Shown here piece by piece: positions 1 through 13,689 of a stretch of DNA of 64,000 nucleotides. The DNA is from Pelomyxa schiedti (Eukaryota; Protista; Evosea): NCBI GenBank assembly GCA_020536535.1, contig JAHLWZ010000022.1, forward strand, positions 1 to 64,000, given 5' to 3'. The position numbers were made by a program, and so were the translations under genes. The notes beneath the pieces were generated by a model. It had not been told where the DNA came from and searched no databases. It was given only the letters and a program-made list of their open reading frames with translations. Position 1 is the stretch's first letter. The number at the start of each line of letters is the position of its first letter.

Positions 1-233
1 GTGGGGCTGTTGAGCGACGGCAGTTTCACATCTCGGGCGTACTCGGGCACCGACTCCATATACTGCGCATAATTGTACTCCCTCGACACTATACAACTGC
101 CCCCAACGCCACCACCACCACCGCCGCCACTCTTGACGTTGGTGCTACTACTTGTGTCTATGCCTCCCCCCTCCCCCTCCTTGTTGTTGTTGTTGCTACT
201 GTTTGCTGCTACCTCACTGACAACACTGCTCAT
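1..233 (-). CDS. 5' part of an unknown protein running off the left edge of the window
   Basis: ATG at 233(-) opens MSSVVSEVAANSSNNNNKEGEGEGG...SREYNYAQYMESVPEYARDVKLPSLNSP with no stop before the edge; low-complexity N-terminus like neighbouring genes. Confidence 0.5.
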   Translation of the reverse strand, partial: MSSVVSEVAANSSNNNNKEGEGGGIDTSSSTNVKSGGGGGGGVGGSCIVSREYNYAQYMESVPEYARDVKLPSLNSP

Positions 234-400
234 TGTTCGTTGCGACACACAGGGGCACGACAAAGTTGCTTGTGTGGCTCGTCCATCGATTTCGTTGTTG
301 GTGTCCGCAACCCACCACGTCCACACTCCCAAAGGGAAAAAAAAAAAAGAAAATTAGAAAAATAGAAAATTAGAAGTTTGGATTCGAACGTGGTCTAGCA

Positions 401-1859
401 TCAGGGGTAGGAGAGCTGGACAAACTGGACCACGCGGTCAACTCCCTTTCTTCTGTGGAGGTCCCTGGCATCTGATATGACACTGCCTGACAGCAGGTCG
501 AATACGTGAAGGTGCATGAACGATGAGGCAACAGCTGCGTAGCGGTCGAAGAAACAAGTGCCGGTGCTTGCTGATGATGACGACGAAGATTGGCTGTGCC
601 CTGTGGGCCCCCAGTAGTCACAGAACCCACCGCCAGATACGCCGCGGTCGTCGGGCACGCGCATCAAGCGGGCCGGCTTGGATTGGAATCGCGTGTCCCA
701 GAGGCACACTACACCAGTGCTGTCACCAGATAGCAATACAGTCCTTGAGGATGATGCACCTACTGAAGTGGGATAGGCGGGAAGTTTGAGAGTAGTTATT
801 GTTGACTCATGCACGGAAGCTCCTGCAGTCCAAACTTGTCTGGGTGAGGCTTCAGAGATATCCATCACGGTTATGGACTGGCCAGAGGAATAGGCTAAGA
901 ATCTCCCGTTTGCGCGATCCATATCCATTGTACAAGGAGCCCCGTCTCTGTTTGTATGCCACACAGGGGTCATTTTTGGAGCTGAGTCTACATCCCGGAT
1001 ATGGAACAAGTCCACTGACGATGAAGACGCTCCGGCGAAAATTATGTGTGATCCACGCGGATCGGCAATTCGCATGCATGGGTAATCTGCTGAACTTTCC
1101 AACCGACTTCCTGTATCAAAGCTGAGTAGTAATTTGTGATTGCGATCCTTTGTGCTGCATGCGGCATAGCACGAGTTGCCTAGGGCCACACTGTCATATC
1201 TGCCTGGTAATGGGCAAAACTGTTCACCTGAGAGCATATTTAGGGTAAAGAAGGGAAAAGTGCATCTCAAGTACAGTTAGATAACATAACAGACTCCCAC
1301 ATCGAACGCTCACAGCTCCTCGAAAGGGTCAGTAAGCACTGGGGTTGGCAAAGCATAAGAGTATCACCCCTAGCATCCATCACTTCCCTTAGGAGGTACA
1401 TCTGCCTACCACTAGTGTTATCTCAACAAGTAGTTCAGAAAGTGGCTATGCGGGATACATTCGTATCAAAGTTATTTAAAGATCTACACACAGGCGCAAT
1501 CGATAGAAAAGTGTGGCCGCCCGTTGCATATAAATTCCAGATGTGGATCGTGATAGGTGTCCTCCACCAGGGCTAAAAAAGGCACGCTGGGATTCATAGT
1601 TTCAGGGTCAAGAAAAGGGCTCAATTTGTCCCCAACAAGTGGCTCCTTCCACGGTGTCACAGAATCTAAAAACCACAATTCCAACTGCTCGAGCATATCG
1701 CACACAATCTTCACTCACTGCCATGTTAGTTGGTTCTATAAACTTAACAGCCAAACAAAACAGTAGGCTAACAAAAAAAGCAAGGCCACGACGAATATTC
1801 AACTTTGAGTAAGTGGCCAGAGACGCCTGACATGGGGCTGTTGCTCCCAAGTCTCGCAT
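401..1859 (-). CDS. WD40-repeat protein (spliced)
   Basis: Last exon (401-~1230) has a WD40 repeat VHESTITTL...LLSGDSTGVVCLWDTR; upstream exons at 1484-1714 and ~1810-1859; start approximate. Confidence 0.6.
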
Positions 1860-2141
1860 GGCCAGCACAAGCCAACACAAGCTTCTTTTCGCGGAGGTCG
1901 TTTAACGACAACATCCACTTACGATTAATCTGAAACGCTTATTCGAAAGATCTCGGGCCCCCAGTTCACGAATTATCTCTGGGTCGAGAGACCCCCATTT
2001 GGCATGTATACACACTCGGCCCTGTACGATTGGTGGCAGGGGAGTAGTGTCATTTTGACCACGGATTTGACCGGTGAATGTCCAAGATGAACTTGGATCT
2101 GGCTGGAAGGCGCAAAGAAACAGAATCACAAAATAAAAAAA

Positions 2142-3141
2142 ATGATGTTGGGGTGCATTCAGTGGAGTTCACACGAGGTAGCGGCGACAATTGGGACTAT
2201 TGTAGTGGTGGCCATCTTATCTTGTATGTAGACAGTGTTCGAACAGTCGTTTTCCTGCTGATAGTTGTAGTGATTCTTCTGTGGAGAAGACGCAGGGGTA
2301 CACAATCCAGATCTGTGGTGCTTACGGGACTTAGTAATGCTGGAAAAACCGCACTCATTTTGAGGGTATCTTCCTGTGCGACTGAATAGAGTGCCTAATT
2401 TTCTACCTATTTTTTTGTAGCTGCAATACCCCGAAGTTATGAACGAGACTCACATGTCCATGGAACCTCACTCTGCTACGTTCCCAATCAAGGTTCACTA
2501 TAGATTCCTGGTCGTTTTACCAAATTTCTTCAGAAAGATAGTAAGCAGCGCATATTGAAGATGACTGACTCCCCTGGTCATGACCGCGTTCGGGGCAAGT
2601 GGATTGAGTTTGCCTCATCTGCGAACGCTCTTGTTTATGTACTTAATTCCTTGGATTTTAATGCACAGGTCCGCGATGAGGCTAAGTACATACTTCCTAA
2701 TACAAGAAAGTGTTTAACTTCATTCAAGCTTCCTGCTGTCAATTTTGAGCAATCCTGTTACAATGAAGAACAAAATACCTATCTGTGTGTTCTGCAATAA
2801 GCAAGAACAGATATCCGCTTCACTCCCTGAGAAAGTAAAAGTATCTCTTGAGCATGAAATGTATCTTTTTTTTTTTTGTTTGCACAAATAACGTGTTTCA
2901 GTCAACAAGTTCTCGCCCTGAAGCCTCTCTCAATTGGGGAGCATGACAGTGCTGCTGCTCCCACTCCGCAATTACTCCAAGCAAAGGAGAAAGATTTCTC
3001 TTTTTCTGCTTTACTACACAATAAGGTAAAGTGTTTCCCACTTCCTGTTTTTATTTTAACACCCCCAAGGTCGTTTTTGTTGGTGGTTCTGTTGAGCAAC
3101 CCAATTTGCATGAGTTGCAGGACTTCCTACTTTCTTTCTAA
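2142..3141 (+). CDS. SRPRB: Signal recognition particle receptor beta subunit (Arf-like GTPase)
   Basis: N-terminal TM, G1 GLSNAGKT, G3 DSPGHDRVR, G4 CNKQE across ~6 short exons. Confidence 0.9.
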
Positions 3142-3210
3142 TGGGAAGAAACGAAGATACGCCAAAATAAATAAGAAAAAAGTCTTCCAAAAATGTATTT
3201 ACACCCCCTA

Positions 3211-6200
3211 CTACTGTAGTTTTTGCATTGCTTCCTCAAGGAGGCGCGCGACTTCGGAAAATTCTGTTTGGTATCAATGTTAATGTGTGAAAGCTTTAGT
3301 TAGGGGAGACTCACCAGGACGTGCTGCAGGGTCTTGTGCCCAGCACCTTGTAATGAGAGAAGACATAAATTCAGGTACAGTGTTGGGGAAAGGTAGTCTC
3401 TGGTGTGGAGTGTCAATGTTAATTTGGGAGAAACTATTTGGGGAGAAGGGAACAAACTTGGCCGGAAACAACAAAGTCAACAACCTCTGAACAAAGGATT
3501 AGTGGTAAGGGAAAAAAGCTTTGGGGAAGGAGACACACTCCAGCTGGAATTGAATTCTCCAGAACTGTATGGCTCTGTTGAGGATATCAGGAATAAACGT
3601 GTATGTTGTGTTATGTTGGGAACCTGTTTGCTGCCAGAGTGCGTAGGCAAGAACACCAAAGCTATTGTGATTTTGAGTTCACCAGAAAAGAGATGTTAAG
3701 AATGAACCTGTAAACATCAGTTGGGGCTCCATAAGGATCATTTCTTAATATTTCAGGGCTCATATAGCTGGGTGTTCTTTTGCAGGATTAGATGAACAAA
3801 TTTTGAATGAGAGCGAGGTACCCTATAGCCGTTGTCATCTGCATGGCAGACTGCACGTTTTGGATATCACGGGTGGTACCGAAATCTGATATTTTCCCAC
3901 AGACGACATCTGAGGGATCCAGAGAGCAGACTAAAACGTTGTCCAGTTTTAGGTCTCGGTGAATGATGCCGCTCTAGCTATATTAAACGTAATCAAAAAG
4001 AGTGAAAGGAAAAACCTGGTGCAGGAAGTCCATTCCTCGAGCCGTATCGAGAAGTATTTTGCATTTATACCGATCAGAGAGGGGTTCCTTCATTACTCCT
4101 GAAAGACTACCGTACTGCACAAACTCCTACTTGAATTAAAATTGGTTTGAAGGGAATTGTGTTATAACTGTAATGATGGAAGGCTTTTTCTTATTGTAGA
4201 CGGCCCCTACAAAGTTGACAATCTACAACGGGTGAGAAAAGTACTCAAAATATTTGGAGATGCACCTGGGGACACTTCAGTTCTTCCATTATTTTAACCT
4301 GTACACCGTTACTTCATTGTTGTGGTAATTTCAGAGAGCAACCTCACGTAAAAATTCGTCGTACATATCGTCTTGGTGAGAAGCCCCTTGATCTTTCAAA
4401 ACCTGAACAGGAGTGAGAAAATGGTACTGGTGAACGAAGGCAGATACTTTGACGGCAACAGACTGTCCTCTCCACTCTCCCCGATACACAGAGCCAAAGG
4501 ATCCTTATCAAGAATAAAAACCTCAAAACCACATTAAACAAGAAGTTCTGTACCTTCTCCTAGAAAGTAACGTGAGAAGGAGAACAAAAAAAAAGGCCGC
4601 ACAACCAATAGCTGGTAAGTGAAGTACAATTTCTGCAAGATCAAGCTTGGTGGAAAGCTTAGATTCACAAGGCCACTTAAGGTAAATGTATAATGCTTTC
4701 CGGGGGTCAAATTCGGTGCCTGTGGGGTCTCGTTAGGAAAACCCTGAAAATTGGACAACTGCACCGAAACAAGCAACAATCGGGATCTTAGTTTCAAATA
4801 CAGTTGTGGCAAGTACTTTAGCAGCGAAGTCAATTGTAAGTTCCTCTCCCTAAGAATTGTTGAATCGAAGGCTGATTGACAGGCCATTTACCGCGCCTAT
4901 CTTTCCATTCTCAGGGCTAGCCATGATTTTATACTTATAGGAATGCGGGGAAAAGATTTTAAATGATACTGTGCCCCTTCCTATATTAGTAAACACGACT
5001 TTCTCACGAAGTTTCTTGTCAACAACGGCCTGGTGTCCCCCAAGCCCAAAGGATAGCTCTGAAGTGCTTACTTTCAACAAGAAGTCATCGAATTCCACAA
5101 GACTGTGAGGGAACCAGTTTGGTACGTTGAGAACTTATTACAGTACACACGTGAAGGCATTAGGGTCAAATTTCTCAGCAGGACTGTCTGAGTCATCATC
5201 CTCAACCTTCCAGAATTCAGTCATAGCAATTGCTTTCTGCTCCGCTTTGACTCTTAGGCAATATGTGACACAAAGAAAAGACCGATAGATAGATACGCTT
5301 TTTTTCTTTTTTTTGCTACGATGCACCCTGCCACAAAGAGTCCTGCCAGGGCTAAACATAGAGCTCCCCCAGCTGCGGCTATGAGAGCAATAGTCATCGT
5401 GTCCCAAAAGTTATCAGAGGAAGTAGAAGAAACTTGTTCTTTTGTTATGTAAGAAGTAGGTTAAAATTCCAGAAGAGTACCGAAAGACAACTGGAAAGAA
5501 ACTTCATCTGTGTTGCAATTATCCGCGTAATCGCAGATAGCATCAGACAAAATTTTCAGTTCGCAAGAGGCAGTATTGCCGCGGGAAACATTGAGCAAAA
5601 ACGAACCGGTTCTGTCAGCAAAAGGCACTATCTCACTGTAGTTAAATGGTGCCAGAGTACAACCACCAGTCAGGGATATGTCGGCTGACGAGAACCATCT
5701 CACATAGTCATCACACTCACAAAGAATGTTCAGAGATTCACCAACACCAACAAGGGTTTCATCCCCTGTTGAGGTAAGTGTGCAAGAAGGCGCAGTAACA
5801 TCGTCGTAGGAGATCTGGTTTTCCTGCCTTGCGCACTGAGAATCCACACAAACAGTGAGAGGCATCATAGCATATTGACCAGGTGGGGCAGTGCAGGACA
5901 TGGTTCGATGGGGTGTACTGATAGTTATACCGGTACATGGAGCTCCACTTGTATCTAGATCACTTTTATCCCCTATCCGCACAACTACTTTTTGGGGTGC
6001 TGTTCCAAAATTGTAACCTAACGAAAAGATGAGTTACTGCTGCAAGTAAAGAGAGAAACCATTTATTTGAGCCATGCCACCTCCTGTTGGAATTTCAGCA
6101 GACACGGAAGAAACTTGTGGTTCTGATAAAGTTAGAAAGCTACGTGCTTCCAAAGGGCATACTTTCGAAAGAGACGATTGTGCTTCCAGAAAGACCATCT

Positions 6201-9200
6201 ACCATAATCAACAGGCTATGATTCACTCCAGATCCACTAGGGATTGTTGTTCGTAATATCTGCTGTGGTACCTGTAATACCACTTCACAGGAGATGTTTC
6301 CAAAGAAGGCAAGGATTTTGTTGACCTTGGAAAGTAGTTAGAGGCATTCATTAATTTTGGGAATAAAGCCTACATCAGAACCAAAAGAGGAACCTTGGAT
6401 AATAACATCACCTCCTTCAGTTGGGGGGGAAGAAACATTGTAAATGTGTGGAGCTGTACTACAATGTTACAGGCAGTTCGCACAGTTTGGAAGAGAAACA
6501 TACGCTTGTAGGAGTATTTGAATGCACTGGTTGCGCTTTGCGATCTGGAGTCACCTTCAGCAGGCACCCATATTTTAATAGTGTTGTTTGCTCCTGTTCC
6601 AGGAGGGGCAATACAGGATATCTGCACATGGGGAATAGATATCCTTGCATTTTCGCAGTATTCACCAGCAATCTACAAACAAATCACTGTCTACTACTCC
6701 TAGACGAAATTATTGTACTTTTACTGTGACAGTTTCATTGCCAAAATTGAGACCATTGATAATAATAGAGCTATCGCCGCGTGTGTCAACGGCTGTGGCA
6801 CTCTTGACATTTGGAACTTGAAGGGAATAGTTATATTTAGAGATTTCCATGGATTGGTGACTACGTGAATAACAGAATTGCGCAAGAGGGCTCTTATTGT
6901 CAATTACTGTGACCAAAACACTGTGCTGGCACCCAACACCTTCTGCAATAAAAATTTTTAGCTGTCGATGGCTAACCCATGTGGCAGCTGTCTCTACATT
7001 GTCATAGGTACTGGTAAGCCCATAGGCAGATCCACCAGGACCAAAATTATTTCCCTATTTTAGGGTAAGCAAAAGTAAAGAGAGTAAAAAGTACCAATAA
7101 AGTGGTCATGCCACCAGTGGTAGAGCAGGGTTCTACTGTTGTGATGTTAGGACCACTGTAGTTGAAAAGACCAGTTGTTTCTAGATCGCCAACATAAAGA
7201 ACAACTGCATTGTTGTCACCTACTCCTTCAGGCGGGAAACAACTGATTTGTGTATGATCTTTGACTACAATGGGATCCGTGCAGTGCTTGGAGGAAATGG
7301 TAACTTCAATCTCGCCTGTGCTGTAATTGGCAGGGCCGAAATTGTATCCTTCAATTAATGTTCGTGATTCACCGTCAGTGTTCGCAGGAGTTGTTCTTAG
7401 TATGACAGGTTCTACCAGGGGAAAAAAATTACTTGGGAGAATGGGAAACGGAGCCATACTAAGATACAGACTAACGCCGGACACATTGGAGACCAAACCA
7501 CCTTGTGTACCCTTGGAAGGCACCCATACAGTGAGGATGGTTTTTGTGTCTATTCCAGGTGGTGGGAAGCAAGATATTGTGGAGTGTGTTTTGCCAGCCG
7601 CTGTAACGTTACATGGAAGTACTACGCCTGCATACGGCTGAGATACCTCCACCGAAACAGAGACGTCGGCGGCCCCAAAGCTAGACCCGTGGATGACAAT
7701 GGGGGCTGAGCCCGTGGTATTAGTAGGTTCAATGAAGTCAATTGTTGGGGCTTGTGGAGAGTGAAAAGACATAATAAAAGGAGAAAAAATACCACTATAG
7801 GAAAAGAGTTTTGGAACGGTGACTTCATGCCCTCCAGAAGATGGAACTTTGAGGGTAACATTATGTGCTGAGCCAAAACCCACAGGGGGATAGCAGGTTA
7901 TCTGCTTATGTGCCACAACTACCTTGGCATTGCCACATGGCTGGTTTCCAATACTCACACTCACTTTAGTCCCCAGTGGTCCAAAATGAGAGCCATCAAT
8001 TATCGTTGGGTTGCCCCCAGAAGTGCTTGCTGGTGTTGCATTTATAATGGATGGTGCTTTTCATAACGTTAGGGATTTGAAACGGTGTCTGCGAGATACC
8101 CAAGTAAGAGAATATGTTTGCAGATGCAAGTTGCAGGTTTTTCATGTCTGAAGGATTATATGGCACCTCCATTTTCACAGTTAAATTCACACCAGCTCCA
8201 GGAGGGGCCTGGCAACTTATCTGGTAGTGAAGTGACAGAATACCCACACCCAGACATTCCTTTCCATCAATAGTAACCCGCATGGAGGCGGAGTTCCCGA
8301 AATCCGTGCCTGTGATGGAAATCCAGCCACCAGCTGTTCCTGTTGGAGAAGTAGAAAGAATGGTGGGGCCTACCAGGTTGTAAGATAATACTTTCCAAAG
8401 TGAAGCGTTAACCGAAGTACGAAAAAACTTGAGCAGATCCTGACTGCCCCGCCACAGTCACAACCACAAGTCGATCCTTCCCATTTCCCGCCGGAGGTTG
8501 GCAACTGAGTGTCGTGTGGTTATGCACAACAACATTATCACAACTGAGCCCATGAATGAGAACAGTCACAGCAGTATTGTTAGCAGGACCAAAGTTGGTA
8601 CCTTTTTGGGTGAGCAATTTGATGGGAGGAACTTCATAAAACCTGTTATAAATGTGCGTACCCCTAAAGTTTGTGTACTTGTCGATGTGGCAGAAATTAC
8701 AGTGGGTGCTGGCAGAAGTAAGGGGAATGAAAAAGTTTCAGGGGAATAGAAAAGATACGTTGAAAAGAAAATATGGGAGTAGTCGTAGACTGAGAGTGTG
8801 TGCTGTTAGGAACTATCACAGTGAGATTCAAGAACTTCCCAACACCAGGTGGAGGATAGCAGGTTATGTGTCGATGGTCTATAACAACAGCATTCGTACA
8901 TTCCTTCCCTGAGATGAAAACGGAAACGGTGGAATTTGGTGGTCCAAAATTGTAACCAGAGACGGTGGTCTTCTCCTTACCGTCCGTGTTAACAACAGTT
9001 GTAAAAGAGAGGACCGGTACTAAGAAAGTTAGAAACGAGGGTGAGAAATGCAACGTACCAGCAAAGGAGAACATATTGTCAAAGACAAAAGTTGAATTGC
9101 CCACTGTGAGTGAGATTGGAAGCCGAGCCCCTACACCAGGTGTCGGGGTACAAGACAACTGAGTTCCCTCAGAAATAACTGATACACCACTGCAAGCAGA

Positions 9201-12200
9201 GCCACCAATGGAAATAGATAATGACGACACATTACCAAAGTTAATGCCAAATATTGTTGTAGGCTGAGTTCCTTCTGTGCTTACTGCTGTAGAAAAGAAA
9301 ACCCGAGGGTCTGAGTAGAGTTAGAAATGAGAACTCTCCAGTGTCACTTTTTACCAGCACAGGTATAGCCACTCTCATCAGCACAGTTGTCCGCCGACCC
9401 AATGCACTCTCCTTGATAACACTGGGAAGTCTCGGTACACCAAATATTATCATCACATGCAGTGCCATCTGGGCTTGTTTCCCAGTCTAAGGGATTATTT
9501 GTTTTATTGCAGATCTGCATACAGTTAAATGTACTTTCCAAAATACTATACCTGGCATATTGACTCTGGATCGCTGCTACCTTGGTTTGCGCAATAATCT
9601 CTCTTTATTATATAGCAACCTTCACACTGAGCAAGACTTTTACACACAATATCAGTTCTATTTGTGGCATTGCACGGCGAACCGGAATCAAGACAAGTGC
9701 GCCCCAGTTGACTAAGGGGCTATTAGAAACTCTACTGAGAGATGGAAATGAGAAACCAATTATTGTCTTTCTCCAATATTGCCATTAGAATTGAGCTAGG
9801 ATACTGTGCACTTCCGAAGATGTAGTTGTCAGAGAGGTCCCTGCTTATATTCAGAATGAAGAGGGTAAATGTAACAAGTTACAGAAATTCGAGATAGTTC
9901 GCCGTCGCGATTATAGGGGGTATTGTCCCTGTGAGCTCTTGATTGTGCAAATCACTGAATTTCATAGATGAGTATTGCCTCAAAACGTTCAAAGCCTTAC
10001 ATGGAAATAATTCTGTTGGCTACAGTGTCACACTGTACACCGTATAGTTGAATGTCAATGCATAGCTTAACGGTACTTCCAGAGAGTGAGCAGGGGTCGA
10101 CGCTGTAAGGCTGCCGCCAAAGAAGAGGATTATTCTGCTTTTTAATTTCGCAAAGAAGTGCAAGATCAGAAGCAGTATTCCCTAGTGGTAGACAGTGGGA
10201 GCAATTCAAAACATTCGAGGTAACTCCACAGCTACAAGGATCACTTGAATCACAGTCCAGGCAATTTCCCCCCAAAGCACTAAGGGAAAGTTGGGCTAAA
10301 AGAATAAAGAAGATACCAACCAAGAGTTGAGATTACTCCAGAAATCTGACACAGGGCTTGGAAGAGAATCACATAAGTGATTGCTATCCAAAAACCTACT
10401 ACTGTAAACATAAAGAAACTAATCGTAAGTATACAGATTTTTAAGAGCAGACAGGCTGACTAAGGTTGTTGGTAAAGAGCCAGTGAGATCGGAAGACGTC
10501 AAGTTACTGAGAAGCATGTTATCAGCGGGAGAGCCAAATGAACTTACATTGAAAGTATTTGATTTGTTGTGGAATTGCATTCAACACCCGGCATTTGCAA
10601 CTGTTTACAAGGCACGATATTGGGTTCAGCAGTGCAAGGATCTGTCCAGGAAACCCATGACCCATTTGCCCATACTGGCTGGGAGGCATTGAGCCAGGAT
10701 ATTGGTTTATTTGCAGTCAGAATATCACACAATACTCCAACTTCTGACTTCATAACGTCTTGAGAGCAGTATGGAGCACAACAACACTCCGTTTCAAGGT
10801 TCCGTGTCATATTACAATTACATTTGCTGTCAAGATAGGACAGGCAGTTATATTCCAGGTTGCTGTAAAGGCAAAATAAATTTCATTGAAGTTTCTTTTT
10901 CTCAGTTCACACCAGCGATCAGCCTCCCACGAGGATGTAAATAAATAGGCAGGCACTTCGCAAAAAAAATTTCCAGCAAGATTTCTGTGTGCTATTACAA
11001 GTGCAAACAGGAGGGAATGATAATACAAATTTTTGAGGTTTTTTGTGGCCAAAGATGGAGGCATTGTTCCAGCAAACCTATTCCAAGCGAGGGATCTGAA
11101 AAACTTTTAGAAATACTTATCAACGCCGCTGCAGAAGGAATACATAAAAGTGAGGTTAGCATTGTAAAAATTGTCCGGAACAGTGCCACTAAGTGCATTG
11201 AAACCCAGGTCTCTAACACATGAAATTACTTGGGGAGATAGAAGTAAATGTAAAATACACTATTGATAGGCGTGTCATAAACTTTATGTGTGTGGGTATG
11301 GTCCCTGTCAATCGATTCAATGAAAAATCTCTGTTCTTCATTAAAACAATCAAATTTACAGCAAAAAAACTGTACAGATCAGTCAAGGAAGTCAGCAGTC
11401 CAATAGAGGAAGGAATTTCCCCAGTAAGTCTATTGTATGCCATACGCCTGTGCTGTTTTAGAAAAGTTTGGAGACACAGCAGGGTACAGGGTCTTAAGAA
11501 TCCGCAAATTCCCTATAGTTGATGGTATCGTACCACTGAAGTCATTGTCTGTAAGTTCTCTATTTTTGTGTTGTTTGTTGTTAAGAACAAAAGAGTAGCT
11601 AGATACAAGTGGAGCAAGTTGTGTAAATCCCCTATGGAATCTGGTAGTTGCCCCCCAAAACAACGTGTACCCTAGGCCCAAGTAAGAAAGGGTGAAGCAT
11701 GTGATGTGGATGCGTACATTTACGATGATACTGTAGGCCTGCCTATGGTGGAAGATAAGCATAAAGAGGAAACACAACAAAATTACAGGGTTTGTAAGTT
11801 AGCAAGGTTCCCAATTGACGATGGAAATCCCCCATGGAAGCGGTTGGATGCTATATTTCTTGAATGTTCATGAGGTTTTTAAAATTATATATGGTGAAGT
11901 ACAAAATTTCCAAAGATAGCAGCTTTGTTATTTCAGAGGGAATAGTGCCCGCAAGCTTGCAATTCCTAAGGTCTCTAGACGAAGTAAGAAAAATAACGAA
12001 GATAATGGAATTCGGATAAAATACAATATTTTCAGGCTTCCAAGGTTACCAACTTCTGTTGGAAGAGTTCCATACAGCTTATTTCCTGATAAACGCCTGA
12101 CAATTACTTAGATAAAAAGCCAAGATACTAGTGCCATACAGAATGTGTAGATTTGTGGCGGAAAATAATTGTGTTGGCAATTGACCCGAAAATCTGTTTC

Positions 12201-13313
12201 CCTCCAGATCCCTAAAGAAAGAGTGAGAAAAATTACTGTAGTTGGAGACGTGCAGTTCAAGTAGATTTGATAACTTCCCAAAAAATGTAGGAAATGCTCC
12301 TGAAAGGGAACAACCAGCGAGATTTCTGTTGGCTTCTTAGTGGGGAAATGAGACATTCATCTACACACATGCTTTCTAGTAAAGTTAAGTTCCCGATTTC
12401 AGGTGGCAGGGAACCATAAAAATTATTGAATGGTGCGTACCTGTTGTTTTGTAAGGGGAAAAAAAAAATTCAGGGAAATACAAAGTCTTAAGGTTTTTCA
12501 GTTTGGCAATGGAAGCATTCAAACCACCAACGAAATAATTAGCCGCCATTGATCTGGGTGATAATTAAAGAGGTAAGAGTAGTATCAACACACAATCGTG
12601 TAAGGCGAGGAAATTGATAGAACTCCTGTGGCACTGGTCCTAAGAGTTTGTTGAACCCAACATCCCTGAATATTCCAGATGTGAATAAAAATATTTCTAC
12701 TGAGTACTCACAAAACTTCCAAGTATGAAAGGTGCACAATGGAAGAAGGAATAGTTCCGGCAAGATAGGAAAATCCCAGGTCCCTGGGGGTGATGAAAAC
12801 ACAGCTTTAAAGCACTACCTACGTACAGCTCAGTAACTCGTTTATTTGTATTGCATGTAACCCCAGGAAGCCCACAAGGGCACGTGTCAGTGCACGGATC
12901 GAAACTGTAAGTAAAGGTTTGTTTCAGTGATCGTCCATTGTTACACCCCCCCCATCACCAACATAATCACAACCATAAGCATAAGCATACCCAAGCCATT
13001 TCGTCGGCTTGTTGTAATATCCAATGTCACAACACGCAGAACCCTCAAGAGCCCACGTGCAATTAGCACTGTAAATTCCTGAAGTGTTGAAAGTCTCTGA
13101 CGACGAAGTGGACGAAGACGACAGAGACTCGGACCACAAGTAAGATACGGAGTTCGACTCTGACTCAGAATCCGAGCTGCTTCGCGAACCCGACGTTTCG
13201 ACCGACCCAGAGTCGGCGGGCGAAGATTCGTGCGTAGAGCTGCTCTGAGATGCTGCGAACCCGGCAACGCACAGCAGCAGCACCAAAAATCTCACCACAG
13301 GCATCTGATGCAT
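3211..13313 (-). CDS. Giant single-pass receptor kinase: signal peptide, Ser-rich linker, 3 capped LRR blocks, Cys-rich repeat, ~10-11 IPT/TIG domains, TM, juxtamembrane beta-sandwich, TKL kinase
   Basis: SP MPVVRFLVLLLCVAGFAA; LRRs such as LTGEIPSSIGLLTSL; TIG repeats (GxNFG...C...I/LSCxxPPGxG); TM IALIAAAGGALCLALAGLFVAGCIV ~5315-5400; kinase HRDLKLDN (3935-3960), DFG (~3880), YMSPE, CWAQDPAARP. Joins checked at several GT-AG introns, not all. Confidence 0.8.
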
Positions 13314-13689
13314 CTGTGGCCCTTTCTTTTTGGTTTGTTTTCTTTCAATGCCTGTCGGCTGCTGGTGCCGAAATTTTATGATAGCAGATCCGAGCGTTCG
13401 CCCGTTTGGTTTTTTTTTTCTTTTTTCGTTTCTTGGATGATAACAGTTCCCCAATTCCGCCTGACACTGAGGATCCCAAATGTGCAACTGCGACTCCGAT
13501 ATCAGATATCAGATTACAATAGCAAAGCTCGGTTTTCTAACGAATAGACTCTTCCCCTTTTCTATTGCTACGTATTTAATAAACTTCTTTGTTGCGGTGT
13601 GCTTCTTGAAGAATTCTTGTTCAGTGAACAGTTCGAACAATACGAAGGCCAAGGCATATCTGCATGTAAAAGATTTTAGTGTTAGGAGG

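Noticed and set aside
9997-10323. Apparent signal peptide MVGIFFILLAQLSLSALGG suggesting a second gene start
   Set aside because: The start is not ATG and the hydrophobic stretch is a pyrimidine-rich GT-AG intron; upstream LRR exons appear to splice through it
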